From: Tubiluchus corallicola
Lineage: Eukaryota; Animalia; Priapulida
NCBI GenBank assembly: GCA_030141605.1
Contig: JAQGDQ010001752.1
Location: 1 to 26,738, forward strand
Reading direction: 5' to 3'
DNA: 26,738 nucleotides
Shown piece by piece: positions 11,280 through 23,000 of this stretch. Positions within the stretch are counted from its first letter, which is position 1. Each line of letters begins with the position of its first letter. Made by a program: the position numbers and the translations under genes. The notes beneath the pieces are model-generated. The model ran no database searches. It was not told the origin of the DNA and saw only the letters and a list, made by a program, of their open reading frames with translations.

Positions 11280-11631
11280 AATGCAGTTTATGATCATGGT
11301 TATCACGGTACAGACCTCTATTTGTTTGACATCAAAAGTTGTGATGATGATGACAATAACGTTACGACTCAATGGTTCAAAGAGTGCCACGCGTACGACC
11401 TGTTCCTTTCCTCACCGGTCCCCGCTTTCCTCAACCAGCCCCGTTTCGAAAAAAACCTTTTCACAGTTCCGGCGATTGATGATGATCGTGAAAAGGTCAA
11501 AGGTGCCAAACAACGCATTTGTGTACATTGACAACGCCTCACACTCAAGCTGTTGTAATAGTAACAGTTTTTACAGCTAGCTAGATACTTACCTAGTTCA
11601 TTTTTTCTTGTTGCTAAGCAAGATCCTGCTA

Positions 11632-11825
11632 GTAAATCACTCTATGCACAGATTAATGCATAATTAAAATAAAGTCTTTCTAAAACAGCACAAGTTACTC
11701 AACTGATGCGACAGACGACTTTGCTCTACCCACACGTAAATCACTCTATGCACAGACTGATGCATAATTAAGTAAAGTCCACATAAAACAACTTAATTTA
11801 CTGAACTGATGTGGCAGACAGCTTT
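11632..11825. repeat. Diverged ~104-bp tandem duplication
   Basis: gtaaatcactctatgcacaga occurs at 11632 and 11736. Confidence 0.8.
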
Positions 11826-11991
11826 ACACAATCGTCCGGTTTTCTTTTAGCGTAAGTAACATAACGTCGTTAACGTTACCCTTGTGTTTAATTCTAACTT
11901 AACAGTTGATCTGACAATTAATCTGAACTTTAGAACGAAATCTAAATTCTTAAAGCAACGACATGAGCACACGAGTGAGACAGTTTGTTAC

Positions 11992-12139
11992 CGCTAACGA
12001 AACAGACGCTGGGCATTCCTTCGGATTCTTCGTCATCTTCGGTAGGTCTGCCCTTTTCTTTCTTCTCTTTCTCTAACATGTTTTCCTCCTCCTGTACGGG
12101 CGCAGGTGACTTCTCGCGCGAGGGTAAAGGACGCGCAGT
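11992..12139 (-). CDS. Zinc-finger gene, exon D (TARPLPSREKSP...EESEGMPSVCFVS)
   Basis: Acceptor gtgattttcag| and donor G|gtaaca; 148 nt, phase 0/1, matching both neighbours. Confidence 0.8.
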
Positions 12140-12263
12140 CTGAAAATCACATAAAGAACGTTCACATTCAAACACGGCAGCAGAGATTTCTGACTCAGAT
12201 ATTATAAAGAAGTTCTAAAGTGAATTGCTAAGACACTAGAATACAGGTAGAATTCTTCCCCCC

Positions 12264-12292
12264 TCTCTCTCTCTGTCTCTCCCTCCCTCTCC

Positions 12293-12377
<85 letters not shown>

Positions 12378-12407
12378 TCCCTCTCTCTCTGCCTCCCTCT
12401 CTCTCCC

Positions 12408-12449
<42 letters not shown>

Positions 12450-12576
12450 TCTCTCTCTCTCTCGCTCTCTCTCCCTCTCCCGCTCCCTCTCCCTCTCTCT
12501 CTCTCTCTCTCTTTCTCTCTCCCCTCTCTCTCTCTCTCTCCCTCCCTCTCTCTCTCTCTCTCACTCTCTCTCTCTC
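12264..12576. repeat. (CT)n microsatellite lying between ~50-bp diverged direct repeats
   Basis: Direct reading. aattgctaagacac...gaatacaggtagaattc is present on both sides. Confidence 0.95.
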
Positions 12577-13036
12577 ATCTATGAAGAATTTCTGAAGGTA
12601 ATTGCTAAGACACGTGAATACAGGTAGAATTCAAGTAGAATACAGGTGAGCTTTATTTACATAAATCATTAATAACACTATACATTGCTCTCTCTCAGTT
12701 TAAGTCACATGCTTACTCAGTGATCTCTGAAAGCCAAACTGCCCAGGTAAGTTTTTTCCATGAAGCAAGGAAGCCAGCAATTCAATGAAGGTAAATGTTA
12801 TGCAGACTAGTTCAAGGTGAAAGTTTAGACTGTATATAAAGAAATAGACTTATTTTATAGCTGAAATTAATTGTGTGGGATTTTCAATGTTTTAACAAGA
12901 GAATGTAATAATATGACTAAAGATCATAATAATCATAAGAACTAATAATTAATAAAAATAAGATAAAGAAATTGTGAGCTTCATGACAGATATTAAAATG
13001 TACATATTCTCTTTTTAACTCAGAAAATGGGTGTTA

Positions 13037-13564
13037 CGCACACGCACGCACACACACCTGCACACACTAACACGCACACACACATGCGCACACACATGCC
13101 TGCTCATGCACCCATACACGCACACACACACATATGCCTGCACATGCACACACACATGCCTGCACATGCACCCATGCACGCACACACACACATATGCCTG
13201 CACATGCACCCATGCACACACACACACACATACACGCCTGCACACGCATGCATGCACACACACATGCCTGCTCATGCACCCATGCACACACACACATGCC
13301 TGCACACGCACACACACACAAACACACACATGCCTGCACATGTATGCATGCACGCACACATGCACACACACACACATGCCTGCTCATGCACCCATGCACA
13401 CACGTAGACACACACACACACACACACATGCCTGCACATGTATGCATGCATGCACACACACACACACACACACATGCCTGCTCATGCACCCATGCACACA
13501 CGTAGACACACACACACACACACACACATGCCTGCACATGCATCCATGCACACACGCACACACA
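13037..13564. repeat. CA-rich compound minisatellite (cacacacatgcctgc[a/t]catgcacccatg variants)
   Basis: Direct reading. Confidence 0.95.
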
Positions 13565-13676
13565 AACTGTATTGGACAGTTAATTTTGTCAGTTTCATTA
13601 TTCGATACTGGTGTAGCTTTCTTGCTGATACAAACAGAACTTGTCTATCCGTTTTGCATCACAAATGCAATCTATC

Positions 13677-13790
13677 CAGGGTTCCCACAGAATTTTAAAA
13701 GAAATTTCCCAGACTTTTCCCTGACCAAATACTGGTTTTCCATGACTAAGATAAGCAGAAATTACATTGCCAGTATACATGTTCAAACAC
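13677..13790 (+). mobile_element. 5' fragment of the CAGGGTTCCCACAG element
   Basis: Colinear with 6437-6549. Confidence 0.6.
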
Positions 13791-13937
13791 CCAGCAATAG
13801 CAGCAATCTTTTTTGAGCATTTTGGACATTTTTTGGCCATGAATGTTTTCTAGCTTGTGTATCGTCTTTTTTAGATTTTAGACAACAGAGGACACTACCG
13901 CTTTTTGTTTTCAAAGCCAGATTCCTTAATTGCTAGG

Positions 13938-14015
13938 TAGAGTCTCGTCATACAGGCCAGTCGGAATAGCATTTTCAAGACGGTAGTCTCGTCATACAGG
14001 CAGTGAAGTGGTTAA
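13938..14015. mobile_element. piggyBac-like terminus remnant
   Basis: ggcagtgaagtgg|ttaa, whose reverse complement is TTAA|CCACTTCACTGCC, with a duplicated subterminal gtctcgtcatacaggc. The partner end was not found. Confidence 0.45.
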
Positions 14016-14848
14016 ATATTCCTGAATTCAGCTTTTAGAATTTTGCACAAACTTTGATTTCAACTGATTTAAAATATTCCTGAATTCAGCTTTTAGAATT
14101 TTGCACAAACTTTGATTTCAACCGATTTAAAATATTCCTGAATTCAGCTTTTAGAATTTTGCGCAAACTTTGATTTCAACCGATTTTAAATATTCCTGAA
14201 TTCAGCTTTTAGAATTTTGCACAAACTTTGATTTCAACCGATTTTAAATATTCCTGAATTCAACTTTTAGAATTTTGCACAAACTTTGATTTCAACCGAT
14301 TTTAAATATTCCTGAATTCAGCTTTTAGAATTTTGCACAAACTTTGATTTCAACCGATTTTAAATATTCCTGAATTCAGCTTTTAGAATTTTGCACAAAC
14401 TTTGATTTCAACCGATTTTAAACATTCCTGAATTCATTTTTTTTGTTTGTTTAACCGATTTTAAATATTCCTGAATTCAGCTTTTAGAATTTTGCACAAA
14501 CTTTGATTTCAACCGATTTTAAATATTCCTGAATTCAGCTTTTAGAATTTTGCACAAACTTTGATTTCAACCGATTTTAAATATTCCTGAATTCAGCTTT
14601 TAGAATTTTGCACAAACTTTGATTTCAACTGATTTTAAATATTCCTGAATTCAGCTTTTAGAATTTTGCACAAACTTTGATTTCAACTGATTTTAAATAC
14701 TCGTGAATTCAGCTTTTAGAATTTTGCACAAACTTTGATTTCAACTGATTTTAAATATTCCTGAATTCAGCTTTTAGAATTTTGCACAAACTTTGATTTC
14801 AACTGATTTTAAATACTCGTGAATTCAGCTTTTAGAATTTTGCACAAA
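14012..14848. repeat. 58-bp minisatellite, about 14-15 copies
   Basis: Unit aaatattcctgaattcagcttttagaattttgcacaaactttgatttcaaccgatttt; one shortened unit near 14430-14455. Confidence 0.96.
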
Positions 14849-14963
14849 GCTTTGGAAATTTTGAATCAAATTCCTCCCTCCCTACTGATATCTTTTGAAC
14901 TCATGAGGTCAGAGAGAAACAAATTTCGGCCGGCCTTAGGTCTCCGAAGCGGAAGATGCTTAC

Positions 14964-15100
14964 CTTTGCGGTCCTTCGAGGCTGAGATCTTGGAGGGGCT
15001 CCGGAGCAGATGATAATGCCGGACGAATGACGCATCCCGGGGATGTTTGGGAGGTTTGAACACAAATGAGCCTTCTTCTCATCCAAATTGAACAATTTCA
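14964..15100 (-). CDS. Zinc-finger gene, exon C (VKLFNLDEKKAHLCSNL...PRRTAK)
   Basis: Acceptor ttttttgttatag| and donor AAG|gtaagc; 137 nt, phase 1/0. The B+C splice gives CRYC-x12-H, which is exact zinc-finger spacing. Confidence 0.8.
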
Positions 15101-15139
15101 CTATAACAAAAAATAACAATAAAAAATACATCAATTTAA

Positions 15140-15339
15140 GCGATGAGAATGACAAATTGCAAAAAAACTCTGAAACAGGCCGGGGGGGGGCCACCTAGCA
15201 CCCCATCGGGTTCAAGGGAAGCCCCCTTGGAGCCAGCAACAATTTTGTGACCGTAGAGAACCTCTAAGTGGACTTAAAATATCAATTACCTTGTTTCGTG
15301 CATAATTTAAAATACCCAACTATCAAGGATACATGATAC
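15140..15339 (+). repeat. Interspersed repeat with G/C-run hairpins; second copy at 25226-25449
   Basis: gcgatgagaatgacaaattgcaaaaaa...tatcaaggatacatgatac is colinear in both copies. A further shared block lies at 15549-15605 and 25820-25876. Confidence 0.85.
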
Positions 15340-15340
15340 C

Positions 15341-15504
15341 TAATTGTCTCAAAAACGCCTAAGTACTGGCCGCTCCTATGCAAAAGTATATAAAAACTGT
15401 CTGCAATTGACTCAAATAACTCCGCACAATTGATTCTATATTTTTATACATAGAGATATACACGTGGTTACACTGATGTACGTGATGTAAACAAAGTGAC
15501 GGCC
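15341..15504 (+). repeat. Diverged third copy of the element hosting the TACA/TATG microsatellite, here without the microsatellite
   Basis: Matches 8157-8273 and then about 8530-8565 (gtaaacaaagtgacggcc). Confidence 0.8.
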
Positions 15505-16336
15505 TGCCAACTAGCGGTCAGCTTGTGAAATAATGTACTGGGTCCGTAAAAATTTTTTCAACGAATTTACACGATTTACAAAAATGGCACTACTGGTCTT
15601 CCAAAAACTCGGAATTCCGCGTATCTGCAGAAAATTCTCATCCCTGCAATTTCCTGCAAAATGGAAAATATGTGCTTGCATAGCAAAATCGTCCATACAA
15701 TTGGCAATTAAGCTTTTCTAGTTATTCACATATCGTGAATCTCCATTTCATGAGGATCATTTTGATACCAAGCTCATCACTCTGTGTTATTTCTAAGCTG
15801 AGATAATCCACGTTGAAGTCGAGGTGCAGGCTGCACACTGAAAAACATAATCTTGAGAAAATCACTGTTAAGGTCAACCATTGTTTTTCGTCGCATCTCT
15901 ACAAAACACTTAGCAACCGCGTAAATGTTACTACGGACTTCGCAAGAGCACGCTTAAGTTATGTTTAAATCCAGTAGATGGTTCTGCCTGACGAAGACAT
16001 GGGTTTGGCAACAGAAAAAAACCCGAAGCGAAATGACATCATCCGCAAGCTACAATCGGAGTTTGAAAACACGAGTTTTTTACAATTGCAATACAGTGGT
16101 CACGTCTTAGACTCACTTTGGGACCGACGTGTTTTGATCCAATTAACCGATTGAACCTATTAACCAATGGGTGTAGTATTACTGCTATAGAAGTATGAGT
16201 CGTCAACTTACTATGCACTGCAAAGACTTTCTAATGAATTTTAGAAACGAAGTAATGCCTAAATTCCTTTGTGCAGTTAAAAATTAGAAAAAAAATAATT
16301 TAAAATATTAATTTATATAAGTGAATTAGCAACAAA

Positions 16337-17409
16337 TTAAAAAGCAGCTGGAACATCAGCATCCTCTTCCTCACCATGGAAACGTTTGTACACGATGTTT
16401 TCACCAGCATCCTTTTCCTCACCACGGGAACGTTTGTACACGATGTTTTCATCAGCATCCTTCTCCTCACCATGGGAACGTTTGTACACGATGTTTTCAT
16501 CAGCATCCTTCTCCTCACCATGGGAACGTTTGTACACGATGTTTTCACCAGCATCCTCTTCCTCACCATGGAAACGTTTGTACACGATGTTTTCACCAGC
16601 ATCGTTTTCCTCACCATGGAAACGTTTGTACACGATGTTTTCACCAGCATCCTTCTCCTCACCATGGAAACGTTTGTACACGATGTTTTCACCAGCATCC
16701 TTCTCCTCACCATGGGAACGTTTGTACACGATGTTTTCACCAGCATCCTCTTCCTCACCATGGAAACGTTTGTACACGATGTTTTCACCAGCATCGTTTT
16801 CCTCACCATGGAAACGTTTGTACACGTGTTTTCACCAGCATCCTTCTCCTCACCATGGAAACGTTTGTACACGATGTTTTCACCAGCATCCTTCTCCTCA
16901 CCATGGAAACGTTTGTACACGATGTTTTCACCAGCATCCTTCTCCTCACCATGGGAACGTTTGTACACAATGTTTTCATCAGCATCCTTCTCCTCACCAT
17001 GGGAACGTTTGTACACGATGTTTTCACGCTTTCTCCATCGCTGAAACCACCCGTCTGTTGCAACAAAATCTTCTTTTCCCATTTTCTTTGCCAAATCTTC
17101 TGCTTTCTGTCGCATTAAAGGAGCGTTCATCACTCGAGCATCTTTTTCTCTTGCGTTTGTAAACCACACTTTCAAAGCTGACTCCACGTCACGGTCTTTT
17201 CCGGTACGTCGCCTCTTAGATGCTAGCTTCTCATTTTGGCTTGCCGACTGCTCAATTTCAGATCGTTTTTTCAACATTCTGCCGAGAGTACTTTGGGAAA
17301 TTTTCAACAGCGCTGCTGCACACCTCTGCCCCATCTTTGGAAGCTGATCGTACTGCTCTAAAATTTTCAGTTTCTCCTTAACTGTTAGATCCTTACGCTT
17401 ATGCTCCAT
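16337..17409 (-). pseudogene. Tigger/CENP-B-like transposase N-terminus (bipartite HTH) followed by a 48-bp repeat expansion; DDE domain absent
   Basis: MEHKRKDLTVKEKLKIL...ISQSTLGRMLK...VESALKVWF...LMRQKA...FVATDGWFQRWRKR...HGE fits the CENP-B_N plus HTH_Tnp_Tc5 pattern. There is a 1-nt deletion at ~16826. Confidence 0.88.
16354..17026. repeat. 48-bp minisatellite, 14 copies, encoding ENIVYKR(F/S)HGEEKDA(G/D)
   Basis: Direct reading. Confidence 0.97.
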
Positions 17410-18075
17410 TTTTCAAACTTCTTAACTCTATGCTCTTATTTGCTGTACGATGCTTACTCTTGTAAGTCGCAAGGAATACTGGCTGATTACTCTGCCTGCA
17501 TCTTTGCCTAATAACTCATTAAGTCTGAAAGCGTGATTTGCAACTAGAGCATCAAAACGAAACCTCTAGGCAAGTGATTAAATGTTTAGCTTCCTGAAAT
17601 TCTTTGGGTAACGAGGTTAATTGCAGTGGGTGAGCGGGTAACAGATTCAAAGCAACACTGCTACCCTAGCGTATTAACGCATGATAAATGTACCTGTTTA
17701 CAAACAAAACGGTACTTAACATGGTCGTTTCTACATATATAATGCACAAAAGGGAAGTAAAGATGACATAAAAGTAGGAAAGGCTGTTTGGGGACATACA
17801 AATGTCTTATTTTAAGTAGGTGAAGGAAAAATATTGAGTCAATTATGCAGAGTTATTTGAGTCAATTACCGATAATTTTTAAGTACATTTGAATAGAAGT
17901 ACATTTGATTGATTTTCATGATAATTTGATGCTAGAATATAAAAATTCAACATATTTAGTGTTTGTTTTTATAAAGAACAAAAGTTATTATATGACTAAA
18001 TTTTGGTACATTCTACTGTGAAGCATCATAATATAGTTTCAACTCAAGGACGGTTTTGGTTTGCAAGCGCAGATA

Positions 18076-18568
18076 TAGTCATACCTCGGTTTTCGACCAT
18101 AATTCGTTCCTAAAGTGTTTGAAAACCGATTTGGTTGAGTACCGAATCATTTTTTTCCGTAAGAAATAATGTAAAAGCAAATAATCCGTTCTCAAGCACC
18201 AAATGAACTGTAAAGTATTACTAAAATGAAATATAATAATGCAAAAATGTTTATTCGAACAGTAGATGTGATATTATTGATACGAAAAACATAATAGATT
18301 TACTTAGAAAGAAAAACATAATTATTCCTGTATGGAAAAACCTTACGTGTTTGTAGCAGTGTGATGGCATATGTAAGCAAGAGCAGAAACACGTGCGTGA
18401 CTACTCTCGGGCGTGGTCGGTTACGCTCGGCTCTACTCGGCTCGCCGCGCATGCGTTCATCACATGCTTGGCAGTTGGTCGAGAGTGCAGACAATTTCAA
18501 CTCAAATTTTCTGGTCGAAAACCGATTTGTACGAGTACGGAGACGTTCGAAAACGGACGCATGACGTG
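18076..18568. mobile_element. Old pogo/Tigger-type MITE
   Basis: ta|TAGTCATACCTCGGTTTTCGA ... TCGAAAACGGACGCATGACGTG|ta: degenerate TIRs with internal gaaaaccgattt repeats. Confidence 0.6.
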
Positions 18569-18777
18569 TATAACGTTTGAGCCTTTAGAGAACAATCCAT
18601 CAAGATAGATAGTTTTAGACTAGTGAGTTTTCTGTCACAATTTTTCAGTTTGGAAACGAAGTCGCAAGTGTGAACTGCTCTGCGTGTTACTGTCTGCAAG
18701 AAATTGCAAACTTTCTGACAGGCGGTTTCCTTTAATTACGATGATCAGAGCTAGTGTTGTGTACATGTGACAGCATA

Positions 18778-19246
18778 CAGTGTTCCCTCACTCATCGCGG
18801 GTGTTCAGTTCCAGGCCCACCAGCGATAACTGAATTTCCGCGAAGTAGGGACGCTATACTTATTTTAGTAGTTTCACGTCGGCAAGTAGCATCTCAAGCG
18901 GGCGCAAGTACTACATTTCGTTTTTGGTGAGCATTCATCCGCCGAGTAAATACACTATTTACTGTAAATGGCAATTTTTATGATTTATAATATTCATGTA
19001 TGTTACAATTATTATTTTTAATATATTTTAATACATTTTGTGATTTTTTTTATGCAAAATTCATCAGATCTATACATTACTGTACAATACGTACTACGCA
19101 TGTGCAAAAATACTTTAGACGTAGTACCGCAAAAACCCGCGAAACAGCGAAAATGCCGCGATAAATATTTTACATTAATATTTTCGAAAACCCCTCGAAA
19201 CAGCGAGTCCGCGATAAACGAACCGAGAAGTATCGAGGGAACAATG
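18778..19246. mobile_element. pogo/Tigger-type MITE
   Basis: ta|CAGTGTTCCCTC ... GAGGGAACAATG, with ccgcgat/ccgcgaa subterminal repeats. The right TSD is mutated. Confidence 0.7.
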
Positions 19247-19320
19247 AAAAGCTCTTTTTTTAAATTACACCAACTGGCAACACTGTAACACGAAACAAGT
19301 AGTCAAAATTTCAATCTTAC

Positions 19321-19485
19321 CTTCGCAGTATCTACACCAGAAATACTGTTCGTCTTCATCGTCGTCGCTATCCGTGTCGGCATCCGAATCCGCATCCTGC
19401 TTCGGCCTACGACGCTTTCTCGATTTCTGGGTTGAACGGCTGGGATCCCTTTCCTTCTCCGCTGTGACCTCCGGTTTCTGCACTT
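19321..19485 (-). CDS. Zinc-finger gene, exon B (EVQKPEV...KSRKRRRPK...DSDDDEDEQYFWCRYCE)
   Basis: Acceptor ctccctcctttgcag| and donor G|gtaaga; 165 nt, phase 1/1. It has a basic NLS-like run, an acidic tract and a CxxC half-finger that exon C completes. Confidence 0.85.
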
Positions 19486-19497
19486 CTGCAAAGGAGG

Positions 19498-19810
19498 GAG
19501 AACTTTTCAGATGCTGAGGATAGAAAGATTGAGAGAACTTTTCGGATGCTGAGGATAGCAAGATTCAGAGAACTTTTCGGATGCTGAGGATAGCAAGATT
19601 GAGAGAACTTTTCGGATGCTGAGGATAGCAAGATTCAGAGAACTTTTCAGATGCTGAGGATAGCAAGATTCAGAGAACTTTTCGGATGTTGAGGATAGCA
19701 AGATTCAGAGAACTTTTCGGATGCTGAGGATAGCAAGATTGAGAGAACTTTTCGGATGCTGAGGATAGCAAGATTGAGAGAACTTTTCGGATGCTGGGGA
19801 TAGCAAGATT
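19498..19810. repeat. 35-bp minisatellite, about 9 copies
   Basis: Unit gagaacttttcggatgctgaggatagcaagatt(g/c)a. It starts 12 bp from the exon B acceptor. Confidence 0.95.
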
Positions 19811-20000
19811 TCCTACGACAATTTTACGACAAAGAAAACCTTTTTCACTCAACAGTCAATGGTTTTGAATGATTGACTTTATCTGATCTAAACTTGCCCA
19901 TGAAATAAATGTAACTTTCTAGAAGCTTTGACTATGAACCATGAATTTATTTTCACACATCAAAATACAACATCAAACACATTAATAAACTTTAAAGAAA

Positions 20001-23000
20001 ATAATTTGAGTAGTTCGAGGTGAGTGTACGGTCATTAACACACTCACCTTACTTAAATGAAAAAATGATTATAGTTATGCATGCTTCTGTAGATAACCTA
20101 ATGTAAATAAGGATGAAGTAAATGATGTAATAATTTGAGTAGTGCGAGGTGAGTGTACGACCATACGGTCATTAACACACTCACCTTACTTAAATGAAAA
20201 AATGATTATAGTTATGCATGCTTCTGTAGATAACTTAATGTAAATAAGGATGAAGTAAATGATGTAATAATTTGAGTAGTGCGAGGTGAGCGTACGACCA
20301 TACGGTCATTAACACACTCACCTTACTTAAATGAAAAAATGATTATAGTTATGCATGCTTCTGTAGATAACCTAATGTAAATAAGGATAAAGTAAATGAT
20401 GTAATAATTTGAGTAGTGCGAGGTGAGTGTACGACCATACGGTCATTAACACACTCACCTTACTTAAATGAAAAAATGTTTATAGTTATGCATGCTTCTG
20501 TAGATAACTTAATGTAAATAAGGATGAAGTAAATGATGTAATAATTTGAGTAGTGCGAGGTGAGTGTACGACCATACGGTCATTAACACACTCACCTTAC
20601 TTAAATGAAAAAATGATTATAGTTATGCATGCTTCTGTAGATAACTTAATATAAATAAGGATGAAGTAAATGATGTAATAATTTGAGTAGTGCGAGGTGA
20701 GTGTACGACCATACGGTCATTAACACACTCACCTTACTTAAATGAAAAAATGATTATAGTTATGCATGCTTCTGTAGATAACTTAATGTAAATAAGGATG
20801 AAGTAAATGATGTAATAATTTGAGTAGTGCGAGGTGAGTGTACGACCATACGGTCATTAACACACTCACCTTACTTAAATGAAAAAATGATTATAGTTAT
20901 GCATGCTTCTGTAGATAACTTAATGTAAATAAGGATGAAGTAAATGATGTAATAATTTGAGTAGTGCGAGGTGAGTGTACGACCATACGGTCATTAACAC
21001 ACTCACCTTACTTAAATGAAAAAATGATTATAGTTATGCATGCTTCTGTAGATAACTTAATGTAAATAAGGATGAAGTAAATGATGTAATAATTTGAGTA
21101 GTGCGAGGTGAGTGTACGACCATACGGTCATTAACACACTCACCTTACTTAAATGAAAAAATGATTATAGTTATGCATGCTTCTGTAGATAACTTAATGT
21201 AAATAAGGATGAAGTAAATGATGTAATAATTTGAGTAGTGCGAGGTGAGTGTACGACCATACGGTCATTAACACACTCACCTTACTTAAATGAAAAAATG
21301 ATTATAGTTATGCATGCTTCTGTAGATAACTTAATGTAAATAAGGATGAAGTAAATGATGTAATAATTTGAGTAGTGCGAGGTGAGTGTACGACCATACG
21401 GTCATTAACACACTCACCTTACTTAAATGAAAAAATGATTATAGTTATGCATGCTTCTGTAGATAACTTAATGTAAATAAGGATGAAGTAAATGATGTAA
21501 TAATTTGAGTAGTGCGAGGTGAGTGTACGACCATACGGTCATTAACACACTCACCTTACTTAAATGAAAAAATGATTATAGTTATGCATGCTTCTGTAGA
21601 TAACTTAATGTAAATAAGGATGAAGTAAATGATGTAATAATTTGAGTAGTGCGAGGTGAGTGTACGACCATACGGTCATTAACACACTCACCTTACTTAA
21701 ATGAAAAAATGATTATAGTTATGCATGCTTCTGTAGATAACTTAATGTAAATAAGGATGAAGTAAATGATGTAATAATTTGAGTAGTGCGAGGTGAGTGT
21801 ACGACCATACGGTCATTAACACACTCACCTTACTTAAATGAAAAAATGATTATAGTTATGCATGCTTCTGTAGATAACTTAATGTAAATAAGGATGAAGT
21901 AAATGATGTAATAATTTGAGTAGTGCGAGGTGAGTGTACGACCATACGGTCATTAACACACTCACCTTACTTAAATGAAAAAATGATTATAGTTATGCAT
22001 GCTTCTGTAGATAACTTAATGTAAATAAGGATGAAGTAAATGATGTAATAATTTGAGTAGTGCGAGGTGAGTGTACGACCATACGGTCATTAACACACTC
22101 ACCTTACTTAAATGAAAAAATGATTATAGTTATGCATGCTTCTGTAGATAACTTAATGTAAATAAGGATGAAGTAAATGATGTAATAATTTGAGTAGTGC
22201 GAGGTGAGTGTACGACCATACGGTCATTAACACACTCACCTTACTTAAATGAAAAAATGATTATAGTTATGCATGCTTCTGTAGATAACTTAATGTAAAT
22301 AAGGATGAAGTAAATGATGTAATAATTTGAGTAGTGCGAGGTGAGTGTACGACCATACGGTCATTAACACACTCACCTTACTTAAATGAAAAAATGATTA
22401 TAGTTATGCATGCTTCTGTAGATAACTTAATGTAAATAAGGATGAAGTAAATGATGTAATAATTTGAGTAGTGCGAGGTGAGTGTACGACCATACGGTCA
22501 TTAACACACTCACCTTACTTAAATGAAAAAATGATTATAGTTATGCATGCTTCTGTAGATAACTTAATGTAAATAAGGATGAAGTAAATGATGTAATAAT
22601 TTGAGTAGTGCGAGGTGAGTGTACGACCATACGGTCATTAACACACTCACCTTACTTAAATGAAAAAATGATTATAGTTATGCATGCTTCTGTAGATAAC
22701 TTAATGTAAATAAGGATGAAGTAAATGATGTAATAATTTGAGTAGTGCGAGGTGAGTGTACGACCATACGGTCATTAACACACTCACCTTACTTAAATGA
22801 AAAAATGATTATAGTTATGCATGCTTCTGTAGATAACTTAATGTAAATAAGGATGAAGTAAATGATGTAATAATTTGAGTAGTGCGAGGTGAGTGTACGA
22901 CCATACGGTCATTAACACACTCACCTTACTTAAATGAAAAAATGATTATAGTTATGCATGCTTCTGTAGATAACTTAATGTAAATAAGGATGAAGTAAAT

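Larger units (their letters stand above)
10867..11846. mobile_element. Kolobok-like non-autonomous DNA transposon, about 980 bp
   Basis: ttaa|AGGAAAACCGGATGATTGT ... ACAATCGTCCGGTTTTCTT|ttag: a 19-bp TIR with 2 mismatches, a TTAA-like TSD and a purine-purine terminus. Confidence 0.65.
16094..17910 (-). mobile_element. Decayed pogo/Tigger-family transposon (right boundary approximate)
   Basis: It contains the CENP-B-type ORF. One end reads ta|CAGTGG...tcactttgggacc...caattaaccga, and related tgagtcaatta(c)cga motifs occur near 17835-17875. Confidence 0.6.

Noticed and set aside
11262-11531. THAP-domain remnant (FTVP...RICVH) in the Kolobok-like element
   Set aside because: The N-terminal Cys pair, the conserved Trp and the CxxHF spacing are missing.
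16376-17162. Plus-strand repeat ORFs over the 48-bp array
   Set aside because: They are antisense shadows of the transposase-derived repeat.
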